NCBI GenBank assembly: GCA_051362555.1 | Contig: CM120645.1 | Span: forward strand, 20,336,001-20,400,000 | Reading direction: 5' to 3' | Length of the DNA stretch: 64,000 bases | Source of the DNA: Lingula anatina | Taxonomy: Eukaryota; Animalia; Brachiopoda | Shown here: piece after piece, positions 52,111 to 64,000 of the stretch | How the letters are laid out: every line of letters begins with the position of its first letter | Position numbering within the stretch: position 1 is the first letter of the stretch | The notes under the pieces: generated by a model | What the model was told of the DNA's origin: nothing | The model's database searches: none | What the model saw: the letters and a program-made list of their open reading frames with translations, nothing else | Program-made: the position numbers and the translations under genes

Positions 52111-54388
52111 ATTCTCTGTCTGTTGTCTGCTGTTGGCTAATGTTTTTTATTTCAAAATTCTGCCAAGGCACAGGGCTCCATGCATATACAAAAGGGGTAC
52201 TTATGATGAAGGTTCAGTATTTAGAAAATGTACTAGTATTACGATGCCACATATATGCATGTAGCTGTGTTAATTTGCATGTTCAGAGCGAGCACTGACC
52301 TCCATGCCCTAATGTTTTAAAGGAAGCTTTCACATATTTGAATTTTTTTCTTCGATCTTCATGCATAGTTGTGGAACATTAGTGATTCATTACGAAAAAA
52401 ACTAACGATTCACTTTTGTAGCACAACATATTTTAATATGTTTAACATATTTTAATTTGCATATTAAAATGTGGAAATCCGGGCCCCTACTTGTGTTATA
52501 ATTATGCTGGAATGCTTCAACTTTTACAACATTAGTAACTATTGGTAATTAGTTTTCTATACTTTGTTTGCTATCTTTGTGCTACTTGTACTCTACTCTA
52601 ACTGGGGTCATAATAACCAAATTTATTTAACAACAAATTCAAATAATATTACAAAGAAATGCCTTCTAAATTAATCTAATCTAAATTCTAATATTTTCTG
52701 ATGGTTTACAGAGTCCTTTTTACACAACTTCCATATTAATATAGATGCAGTACTTCCTTCACTGGGTTGTTTAAAGTAACATTATCAGCATATCTTAAGT
52801 GCAGCTGTCCTTATTTAACAATTGTGTGTGATGTTATTATTAATTATACTTCCTGGTCCCGTTTAGTTATGTTTGATCTGTCAATGTCTCCACTGGTAGC
52901 TACCATATCAATCTCATCAATCTCAATTACCTCTGTTCTCTTAATGGCTTGTTTCCTCATATGCTGACATGTTTTCTTTTTTTTTTAAGCATAATAGTTT
53001 AACGTATCATTGTTTGAGCTTTGACTTTAGTTCTAGCAAGCCAAGTAATGATGTCTGACTTCATCTTATGTCTTTTTAAAGCAAAACAATGTATCTACAG
53101 GAAAATGCTGCTTAAAATTTTTGGCTGTTGCTTAAATATTTTGCATTTTCAAATACGTGATCATCTGTTAAAAAAATTCAGATCTTGTACACCTGTAGTT
53201 TCCCCACAAACACAATTGTTTTGCTCTGTTTGGTTACCACAATTGAGGCCTCCAGCTCAGTCGGCATCATGAGCCAGCCTCTGGAGATCACGCAATGGGC
53301 CCTACAAAATGTGTGGTATTTATTTTTACACTTTATCGTTAAATCAACACCAGCCATCAGCTGCGAAACACACCAAGATCCAATCAAGCTACTCCATAAG
53401 TGGCACCAACAGTTTTTACGACTAAACAGGCCTTTAAAGCAAAAACAGGCAAGATCATCATTTTCACTTGAAAATTTTCCATCCAGTGTGCCCTTCGTAA
53501 ATGTCATTATATCATAATATCTTAACTCAGCTACTATAATAATAATAATAATAATAATAATATATTAAAAACTTCTAAAACTTTGGACTAAAATTTGGGC
53601 CAAAAAGATAAATACAAGTAATTAAATTTAATTTCAATAATCGTAAGTTTATTGAGTACTTTGAGATGAGTGCTATTAACAGGCCTTCTCTTCTGCATGG
53701 CACACATCTAAATAATTGACAGTGAGTCTCAGTGTAAGATCATCTAAATATTTAACAGTGTCAGCCAGCACCCACACAAAAGCACATGCTTAGTGCAAAA
53801 CTCTCTCATCAGCCTGTATATTTTCCTTTCCAAGCCCACACCAACTAATCCAAACTGTTTGCCTCCAATACAGGTAATATGGCAGTTGAGAGCGGCAAGG
53901 GAGACCCCCAAGTTAATAACACGATCATTGTACTACAGCCTTAAAAGCTCCCCTGCGGAACCTTATCACAACATATATATGTTACTACTACCTATATGCC
54001 CCATCCATTCACCCATGGGATCCATTCTCAGTGCATTTTTCTTCAGAATTAACTGCTGTTGTACTCCTCAATCTCTGATCATAATAGGTTACTGTCTACC
54101 TTTATTTTGTGTTATGCTATTTAATGGTGTTGGTCTTAGGAACATGTACTAGTAGTCTTATATGTATATGAAATTGCGCCATGCAAGATCCCCATATTAA
54201 AGTTAACTCTGCCCCTACAACTGTAGCTTATGTCACAAAGAAAAAAAAAACAAAAAAAAGAAAAACACTGTGATATATTCCTGCAGGTACCAGATGAGAT
54301 ATATACGCAACCTCGTGAACATCAGGAAAATAAGCTAGGCCAGTTTATAGTATAGGTTTATAGCATATACATACTAGCATTCAAATAT

Positions 54389-54637
54389 GCACACACACAC
54401 ACACACACACATAAACTCAAACACATGTACACACAACACATGCACACACACACGTATGTACACATGAACACACAAACTCACACACGTTACTGATGTATAT
54501 ACAACATATGCATGCATGCACACAAACATGCGCACACACACGCGCACACACATACATACACACACACACATACATACACACACATACATACACACACACA
54601 CATACATACACACACACATACACACACACACACACAC

Positions 54638-54669
<32 letters not shown>

Positions 54670-54685
54670 ACACACACACACACAC

Positions 54686-54737
<52 letters not shown>

Positions 54738-54742
54738 ACACA
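54389..54742. repeat. Compound (CA)n/(CATA) microsatellite
   Basis: Directly visible; accounts for the HT- and CV-rich spurious ORFs. Confidence 0.95.
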
Positions 54743-57700
54743 CTGGCACACTTTTAGATCCAAATTTTTCAACTTCCAAAATAAAGAGGAAAATTTTAAC
54801 AAGCAGGTAAACATGGAGGTTAAGCACACAGTAACAGCCCCTGATTAACTCTGACATGTTACACCAGTTACTCTCATGTAAGGCACATAACAGTTAAAGT
54901 AGTGATGACAAGGTAAACGCAAACAGCAAATTGCATATATAGAGAACCATCCAATGTAACAAGTTGAAGCAGTGTTGATACCATAGATAGGGTACATGCA
55001 GACTGCAAATTACATAGGTAACCATTTCGCCGTATGATATTGGAGACATGTTGTTCCACGTAAATAACTCAAAACTGCTTATTAATTTATAAAAATGGTG
55101 TATATTTTGATGTTTTTTATACAGGTCATTCATGGCAAATAATCCTTTGGTTTAAAAAAAAAACAGTTTGTAACAACGAGAGGGCTCCAGCTGCAATATG
55201 TACCTTAAACGTAACAGGCAATAAAAAAAGTGGAAGTTTCAATTCATGGAGTTGTTTTCAAAAAAATAAATAAATAAATGAAACAAAAATAAATAAGATT
55301 TTTTTTTTAATTTCATTCAGCACTGGAGCTTAGTTTGAAATAAAAATTGGTGACATTACTCAACCTCACCAACCCCCCCACCCCCCACCCCCCCCATCTT
55401 TACCTTAGTTTGCAGTAAAAACAGTTTGGTGTATACAAATTAAATTACTTTTGGTATATTTGCCTCAGTGCAACCAGACACATGCTGCCAAGTCTTCTTA
55501 CTGGCACTTAAAAACTGAGATACCATGACAAACCCTATAGACGGCAAAGTTAAATTTAATTGTTAACAAACAGTCTTTAAAAAAAGATGGAGAATCCTGG
55601 CAAGACAGCAAACCCTTCTAAAACAGCTTCCATATCGCCATGTGCTCTACAAACTGCTCAGTGTTTTTGTGGATTAGGAGATATCACTTGGAAAGCTGAC
55701 AGAATAATACATTTTTCACAGCAGGAGGAAAGAATTAACACTCGTAAAGCTTTTTGCCTGCATGCATATGGTAGATGGTACAAGGGTACTGGGATATGTG
55801 CAGACATAAAAAGAGCTCACTAGTAACTATCAAACCACTCCTCTTAAAAAAAAAAGCTTTTTATTGCCTACAAATAAAATTGCATAATCCAGAATTGCTT
55901 TTGAGCTGACACAAAAAATTAATGCAATGTAAGAAAAAAGCTGTACATAATGGACCACTTAATGTGATGTATGGAACGCGAGAGAAAGAGTGGGAGAGAG
56001 AGATGGGTTATCAATTTTTCCATTTGTCCCCACTAGAGATAATAACATATTAATAAATTCTAAGAGAATATAAATAAAACAGACACAAAATAACTCAGAC
56101 ACTTTGCAACCGTAAAAGCTGTTAAATTTTTAAAATTTGTAGTCTAAGATGAAGGTTCAAGTTACCAGAGTATATTTATAAGTTTTAGTTCACACCAAAC
56201 AAATAAAAAAAAAATTCCATTCCGCAAGATTTTTTAGATAAACGATAATTTGAGTTACAATGTATAAGGCAAGTTAAAGGAGTTATTAGGAGTCTACTGT
56301 ATACTACTAAACCATTCAACCTTGAATAATCCATTAACCCTTCTTCACACATGACTAAGTCTTAAGCTCGCTACCGTACTGCAGACCAAAAACAATACAT
56401 TAGATATATATAGTTAATGACAGCATTCAGATGCGAAGATCATACCAGCTGGGTCAACCCAACTGCGCTGGGGATTCTCGTTAAATTGCGTGCGGTGTTG
56501 TCAGCTTTTAAGAGTCATGGTAATAAACTTCCATGTGTGTTGGACTTCATTACCCCAAACAATTCAAGGAGACATGTCGATCATAGTGTTTGCACTTAGG
56601 GAGATTCTCCCACAGAGTTAGATCGATCCAGCTGGTACATTGGGTTTATATGAAAGCTCCCTAAAACTCATTTCCTCAAGTTCACAATCCCATGCTTAGA
56701 ATGTATTCATATCCAGAATTATATAAATTTATATGGGGGTACTACATGTACTATGACTATAAACGCAAAAGAAACGTAGCCCAAAAATTAGTCTAAAAGT
56801 TGACGCTAAATCCATACTTAAGTCCATTTAATTGAAAGTAAGCATGAAATGGTCTGAAATGGTCTTCCTTTATATAAAACAGGCACAATATTTCATTCAA
56901 TAACACTACATGTTCTTTCAATGGTACAAGTACTAATTTAAAGTCTAAGTCTTAAAAGGTTAAGCTATAATTTTTGCGTTTTTAAAGTTATTTTTTAAAT
57001 TGTGAGAGGGCAAAGAAATACAGGTCCATTACATCAACATGCAAACATTACAATTTATGTCAAGAAGCTGAACTCTGCTCACCAATAAAGGTCAAAAGAA
57101 ATAGCATCCTGTTTGAGGAAAAAAAGTCAGCAAGCTCTGCACATTTTGCGTTCAGTTTATTTTTTTAAAAAGCAATACTAAATACACATCAAAAACATCC
57201 ATCCGCACATAAATACACTCATACAGGCACACAATCTTTTTCACACTGATTCACATTCTAATTTTTCTGAAACTGGTTTAAAATGGGGAAAAAAAGCCTC
57301 TCTCCTTCACAAGAGAGTAAACAGACCCATGCATGCGGTGTGTTTTATGCATACGTTCACGGCAAATAAGGAAACTTCATGGTACTTAAATCATTTGCAC
57401 GCATACCAGACTAAACAAAAATAGATGAAGTGGAAAGATGAACAACTTTCTTCTATGCATCATACACATCAATGCTACCTTTTTTTTTTTTTTTTTTTTT
57501 TTTTTGATGCATTCATAAAAGGCCTAGTTAGAATGAATCTTAACTGGTCCAAATTGCAATGGCAATGTTTGATGAGATCAAGACCAAGTTGACTTAAACA
57601 ACTCTTGTTCTTTGCCCAATGCTATACATTTCAGAAATAATGTGTTCCTTTGGCTGATTACAATCAGTATAACTTACATCGTGCAATCTAATTCACAATG

Positions 57701-59540
57701 GCAACAGTCCATCCAGATAAATGCTGAGAGGCAATTGGCCTACAGACATCCTACGTCATGTTGCCAAAATCACGAAGAACAACTACACCCATCCCAGCTG
57801 GTTTTCTGTAATAAATCTTTCAATTCCCATTTTAAACTTGCTGGTTTCCTAGAACCGAGAACAGGAAGGCCTCATCTGCCACTCACTACATTGTATAATA
57901 TGTGTGGAAATCTGATTGAAGTAATATTGTGTTACAAAAAATGTTTTATTTTTTTTTTAGGCCAGAAAATGTATAAAACAACCAATTCGATAAAAAAATT
58001 CCAAAAACATGTAATGAAAGTTTCATGATCATGCAGAATGCTTGCAATTTGACAATGATTTATGAAACTGGAATCAAGTAAAAGTGTTCCTTCAAAAGTA
58101 TTCAAACACCAATAGGGAAATGTTCAACTATGTTTTTGAGAGTGCCACTAAAAGGTTTTTCCTCTTAGAACAGAAATTACAGAAGTACACCATACTTCTT
58201 AATAACCCTAAACTATGTTTCCCATCCTCCCATCCTGTTAGGCATTTCTTTTCTGACATACCCTGTTTACAGAATAATTCATGGGCAATAGCTTTTAAGG
58301 CATCAAATATTGAATGATGCTTTTACTGACTGGAAGCTAACTTTAGTTTGCTTTCAGACTGATAACATATTCAACCTTGATGTCAACCACCGGGACTTAA
58401 TTAGGGCTTGAGGAAGGCTGGGCTGCAGCCAGCATTTTTTAAAGGGGGAGGGGGGGTCTTCTCTAAATAAGTGGACTTTTTTATACCCCCTCAGTTTAAA
58501 AAATGGCTTAGAACCTACTAGATGTACTCAAACTTAGATTCAGTTTACCTTTTTGTCCAAAATGGTGATTCGTTCAAATTACCCTCAGACCCTCCTCCCC
58601 CATCAGCCTGGATATGATGTAGGCTCATGCAAGAAAAAGTTGAATCTTTTCAAGATCCAGATTAAAAAGTAGTGCTGGCCTACCATATTTACTTGCTGTT
58701 TAAGAAATTATTTCCAAATTGAACCATGTCTACTGCCAGAGTTTGGGTAATGGCTCCAATTTTTCATAAATCAGCCCCACTACCTGAACACGTGCAAGCT
58801 AAGGTGGTTCCTTACAAAACAAAGAAGCCACCTGTATACATTCATGCTTGTATTTTCAATTCCAATTTCATCAATTTAGCAACAAAAAAATACATCTGTT
58901 ATTTTCTTCACAGTTTTTTTTTCAGTTTTTCTTCTCTAATCTCAATGTGCGTGCTTGAGTAACCTATCACCTAAGCCAACAAAGGTGGCTACAAATAAGT
59001 GTTTTCATTGCCCTTTGTTAAATCTCTTTCAACCATCAAAAGGCTCTGATGTCTCAAAAAGTTTTCACAAATTACACAACTTATCAGGATAGTAGTAATT
59101 CAGAATTAAAGAACGTTAATACAATTTCAACTGAATGCGGGTCTAGTATTACATAAAGGGCTTTTTCATTGCATTATTCCTTGGTGGAGGTTGTAGCCAT
59201 TGGAGTGCTACATCCTACACCTATGTAATATTAATTATAATCTCACTGCATACATGCACATGCGTACTATTATATACGAGTTTAAATACACAAATAAATG
59301 CCATTGTGACTTTAACAAGTGTCTCTCAATTTTTATGATCTAATCATTTATTATTATTATTTATATTGTTTATTAATTGATTTATTTTTAACTTCATTAA
59401 TTTTATTTATTTATATTTATTTATTTTGATAGAAACATACTGTTTACTATAGCATAGCTGAAGCCTGATGCAGCTTGCTCATAGCAGACCCAGGAAAAGG
59501 ATGGGAGGGGGCACAGTGTTCTCCCCTCTTAATTACTTAA

Positions 59541-59885
59541 AGGGATAATAACTCTTCGTTTTGGCCAAAAAATGAATTTTCCTGGAGTAAACAACAATTT
59601 TCACATACTTACCAATGGTTAATGAATCCATTTTCACATTCAAAGTTAGTCCCTGTTTTTTTTTTTTTGTTTTTTTAAGTTTGGTTTTTTGTTAAAATCT
59701 CTTAATAGATTATAACTGAGTACAGCCATCAATGGAGGTCACATGATCTGAAGACAAGCTCAGATATCAGAATAATAGCTATAACTGCCATTTTTGTGGT
59801 AAAACAGAATATATTATATTTCTATGAGTTGTTCACAATGTTTTTATTGTGAAATATAGATATCATACGAAGAGTTATTATCCCT
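59541..59885. mobile_element. Kolobok-like MITE, 345 bp
   Basis: 19-bp perfect TIR AGGGATAATAACTCTTCGT / ACGAAGAGTTATTATCCCT with TTAA flanks. Confidence 0.85.
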
Positions 59886-60841
59886 TTAAGGTGTCCCTAC
59901 ACCATATCTCCTTTCCCAAAAATATAGCTTAACAAGCAATGTAAGGCAAATCCAAACAGTATTTTCTATCCTTGTGACCCACATATTACGTTGCCATTGT
60001 TCTCATCTGACGTTTTGTATTTGCTCATGGAATGTGATAATTTTATTCATTCTTCCTTGCGTCTCCCTTTTGCCAAAGCTTGGGTCCCAGCGTAGTTGCG
60101 TGCAAGTAAGAATATGTCAGGATTTGAAACTCAAAGCCACTTTTTCATGTTTCACCCGTCACTTTATAAATATATACTGTATCAAAAAGGAAGGAGATAC
60201 ACGCGCATGTTCTTTATGTAGATTACACATTCCCTTATACTTAGAAAAAATGAAAAGTTTGCAGCAAATAACAGCTAGAAGTTTGCAAGAAAAATGTTGC
60301 TGCTAATTTGCAGTCATATTGCAGCAAATTTGCTGCAAATTCAATGCGAATTTGCAGCAGGTCCGATATTTTGCTAAGGGTTAGGCTGTCGAAATTCCTG
60401 TGGTCTTCCTTTCCAGTTGATAGAAAATCATGCTTACTGTCTACTGTATTTTAGCACTTTCTGAAAAGCCAAGTTAACAATCACCTCTAAGAAACATAAC
60501 AACAAGAAGTAACATCTTTTCAAGTTAGGCAGTCAATGTCCTGCTCTTATTTTCTAAAAACAAGGCAGCAAAGCTGTCAAATGTACAGACAAAAAACAGG
60601 AAATAACTATGCACAAAATAGGCTACTGTCAATTCTGATGCAAAAGTACATTATGTTAAACTGCAAATTCAACATCAAATTTTAATTATGCTCAACAGGT
60701 AATACCAATGTAAGTAAAATGTGTAACAAGTTCACACTTTGTATATGTATAACTTCCAGAAAAAGAAGCCAATTAGACTGCTTTTCCAACTCAGGCTGCA
60801 TTTAAGTCCTGTATTTCTTTTATTGAAAGTAAGGCAATCAT

Positions 60842-63445
60842 AAGTAACATGATTTTCCCATAATGGTCCTCATGGCAGCAGTGCCCAAAATACTTTTTTT
60901 CAAATTTTGATGCAATATTACATAATGTTTAACAGCATAATGACCATCAATTTTAATAATAAAATATTAGTATTATGGATATTCAGAAAATGTGACTAGC
61001 AAAGGTCTTCAGGCCCATGGAACTTCAAGTCACAACTTGAAAATGCCAAAATGTAAACAAGACAGCACTGTTCTGAAATGTTTTTTTTTTATTTTTTATA
61101 ATTTTTAACATAACACAAAATTAACAGTTTACTGCCGTTTTTATATGATCAACTAAGAAAATTGATGAGATGGGGAAAATATCAATAGAGCAGTGTTAAA
61201 TGTCCAATTTCTTCCATTCTGAGATTCTGAACATAGTGAATGATTGAATCTGACAAACTGCAATGATATGAGTTTATTTCCATTTTTGAAACTTTATTAC
61301 ACAATACATGATAACAAGTTTACCATCATTTTTACATAATCAACTAATAATGTTGTAAAGATGCAGGAAATGCCAAACAAACACTTTTACGTATCTTATT
61401 AATTAAATAATGAAACTGTTAACATGCCTAAGAACTGAATCTGAGGAAATGTGAAAAAACGGCATTTTTTTAAAATAATGGCCCGATTATGCTGTTTTTT
61501 TTAACTCAACCTGCGTTTTAGCAGGAATGACCACTCCTGTGAGTTTAATGACAATTGGCCTGTTTTTCTTATATTGTGTTTACAGTGTTGCATATATGCT
61601 GAAAAATGAAAAAACAGCATAACTACTAAAATAGTGGCCCGATCATGCTGATTTTCGAACTTGATCTGCATTTTATGAATATTCATCAGCTCTGTAAATA
61701 TACAGTCAAAAAGTAAAATTGCCTTCCACTTATCGTGTTTACAATGAAAGTGCACGGCACCAGCGACAGTGACGACGGCGACGACAGACGCAGGTGATGG
61801 CAATATGTACAGACACATCTGTACATATTTACTGTACTGTTTGAGAACAGTAAGTGACATGGTTTTTCTTAAATGCTCATCATGGGAGCAGTGCCCAAAA
61901 TAGATTTTTTTCAAATTTTGATGCAATATTACATAATGTTTAACAGCATAATGACCATCAATTTCTAATAATAAAATATTAGTATCATGGATATTCAGAA
62001 AATGTGACTAGCAAAGGTCTTCAGGCCCATGGAACTTCAAAGTCACAACTTGAAAATGCCAAAATGTAAACAAGACAGCACTGTTCTGAAATGTTTTTTT
62101 TTTTCCATTTTTAACAATTTTTTAAACATAAAACAAAATTAACAGGTTACTGCCATTTTTATACGATCAACTAAGAAAATTGATGAGATGGGAAAAATAT
62201 CAATACAACAGTGTTAAATGTCCAATTTCCTCCATTCTGAGATTCTGAACATAGTGAATGATTAAATCTGACAAACTGCAATGATATGAGTTTGTTTCCA
62301 TTTTTGAAACTTTATTACACAATACAAGATAACAAGTTTACCATCATTTTTACATAATCAACTAATAATGTTGTAAAGATGCAGGAAATGTCAACCAAAC
62401 ACTTTTACATGTCTTATTAGTTAAATAATAAGACTGTTAACATGCCTAAGAATTGAATCTGAGGAAATGTGAAACAAGACAGCACTGTTCTGACATGGGT
62501 TTATTTCCATTTTTAACACTTTTTTTAACATAAAACAAAATAAACAGTTTACTGCCATTTTTATAGCATCAACTAAGATAATTGATGAGATGGGAAAATA
62601 TCAATAGAATAGTGTTAAATGTCCAATTTCCTCCATTCTGAGATTCTGAACATAGTGAATGATTGAATCTGACAAACTGCAATGATATGAGTTTATTTCC
62701 ATTTTTGACACTTTATTACACAATACACGATAACAAGTTTACCATCATTTTTACATAATCTACTAACAATGTTGTAAAGATGCAGGAAATGTCAAACAAA
62801 CACTTTAATGTATCTTATTAGTAAAATAATAAGACTGTTAACATGCCTAAGAATTGAATCTGAGGAAATGTGAAAAAACAGCATAACTTCTAAAATAATG
62901 GCCCGATTATGCTGATTTTCGAACTCAACCTGCGTTTTAGTAAGATTGACCACTCCTGTGAGTTTAATGACAATTGGCCCATCTGTTTTTCTTAAATTGT
63001 GTTTACAGTGTTGCACATATGCTGAAAAAAGGAAAAAACAGCATAACTACTAAAATAGTGGCCCGATCATGCCCATTTTCGGACTTGACCTGCGTTTTAA
63101 AAAGATTGATTACTTCTCTGAGTTTCATGACAACAGGCCTAACGGTTTTCCTTAAAATGTGTTTACAGGGTTGCATATATGCTGAAAAGTGAAAAAACAG
63201 CATAACTTCTACAATAATGGCCCGATCATGCTGATTTTCGAACTTGACCTGCGTTTTATGAATATTCATCAGCTCTGTAAATATAAAACCAAAAAATAAA
63301 ACTGTGTTCCACTTATCGTGTTTACAGTGAAAGTGCACGGCGACGGCATCGCCATCGGCATCGGCATCGGCATCGGCATCGGCGACGACGGCGACGACAG
63401 ACGCAGGTGATGGCAATATGTACAGACACATCTGTGTCTGTACAT
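60842..63445 (+). mobile_element. Tandemly duplicated Helentron-associated (pearl/CvA-like) element with ~160-bp internal monomers
   Basis: A ~1010-bp unit repeats at 60842 and 61852, with an internal ~410-bp re-duplication (~62065 and ~62472). ~160-bp monomers start at ~62873, ~63033 and ~63192 (CAGCATAACT..TGGCCCGAT..TTTTCG(A/G)ACT..ACCTGCG). These are followed by a (GGCATC/GAC)n microsatellite and the hairpin GTACAGACAC-ATCT-GTGTCTGTAC at 63420-63443. Confidence 0.7.
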
Positions 63446-64000
63446 AATAAATCTTTTTTTTTTTTCTTATGCCAAAAATGTATACGCAGACCACCCAAAC
63501 ATTTATGGGGCAAAACCAGGGAAGAGAAGGAAAAATATGTAACACGAAATCTGTAACATAACCAGAAAAAGGTCCTACACAAATTAAAAAACAGTTTAAC
63601 AAAATCAAAGTATTTTTTTTTTGTGGGGGGGAGACAAACAAAATAGAATACACAATGGAATATTTTATATTTTTTGTTGGCCTTATCATCATGGTAAGCA
63701 CTTGGTAAAAACATATGATGCCAGCTTGAGTCCAAAACCAAAAAGAAATGTTATTCAACTCAATTTGCTCACTGCAGTTGTAGCCACTTCTTTATTTTCA
63801 ACTTCTGGGAAAAGTATCGACAAATTCCCAGAAATCAATTTCTTCAGTTTATCTTCTAAGCTATCATTTACAACTCCTAATCTTTCTGACCTTTTAGAGT
63901 ATACTCAGAAGAAATGCTTCCTCCACATGTTATGATTCACAAAATATCACTTAAGTAAATAATGTCCAAGTATTACAAAAATAAAAGGCACAAGAAGGTG

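Noticed and set aside
54374-54857. His/Thr- and Cys/Val-rich ORFs
   Set aside because: Translations of a (CA)n microsatellite.
61501-63758. 141-251 aa minus-strand ORFs with ADADAD repeats
   Set aside because: Chance reading frames through the Helentron-associated tandem repeat.

Overview
AT-rich, intron-containing animal genomic DNA. It is most likely molluscan/lophotrochozoan, judged from the repeat types and gene families (inference). Manual exon assembly gives three gene systems. (1) A five-member cluster of Trp-rich lipocalin genes with identical exon phases: one divergent minus-strand copy at ~3-5.2 kb whose first coding exon was not found, and four tandem plus-strand copies at 16.8-32.2 kb. 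A and B are intact, C is a deleted and frameshifted pseudogene, and D has a stop at codon 7 plus a new in-frame ATG at the mature N-terminus. (2) A 3-exon ~833-aa gene inside the cluster encoding 15-aa Thr/Glu repeats, a somatomedin-B-like Cys-rich adhesion-GPCR-type ectodomain and a GPI-like tail, with no 7TM. (3) A multi-exon IL-17 receptor-like (FN3-like/TM/SEFIR) gene on the minus strand, 39.6 to >46.7 kb, with its 5' exon(s) not located. The remainder is non-autonomous DNA transposons (TWA-TSD Harbinger/Zator-like, TTAA-TSD Kolobok-like, palindromic MITEs), a Helentron-associated tandem repeat and microsatellites. All calls come from reading the sequence by eye; no searches were run.
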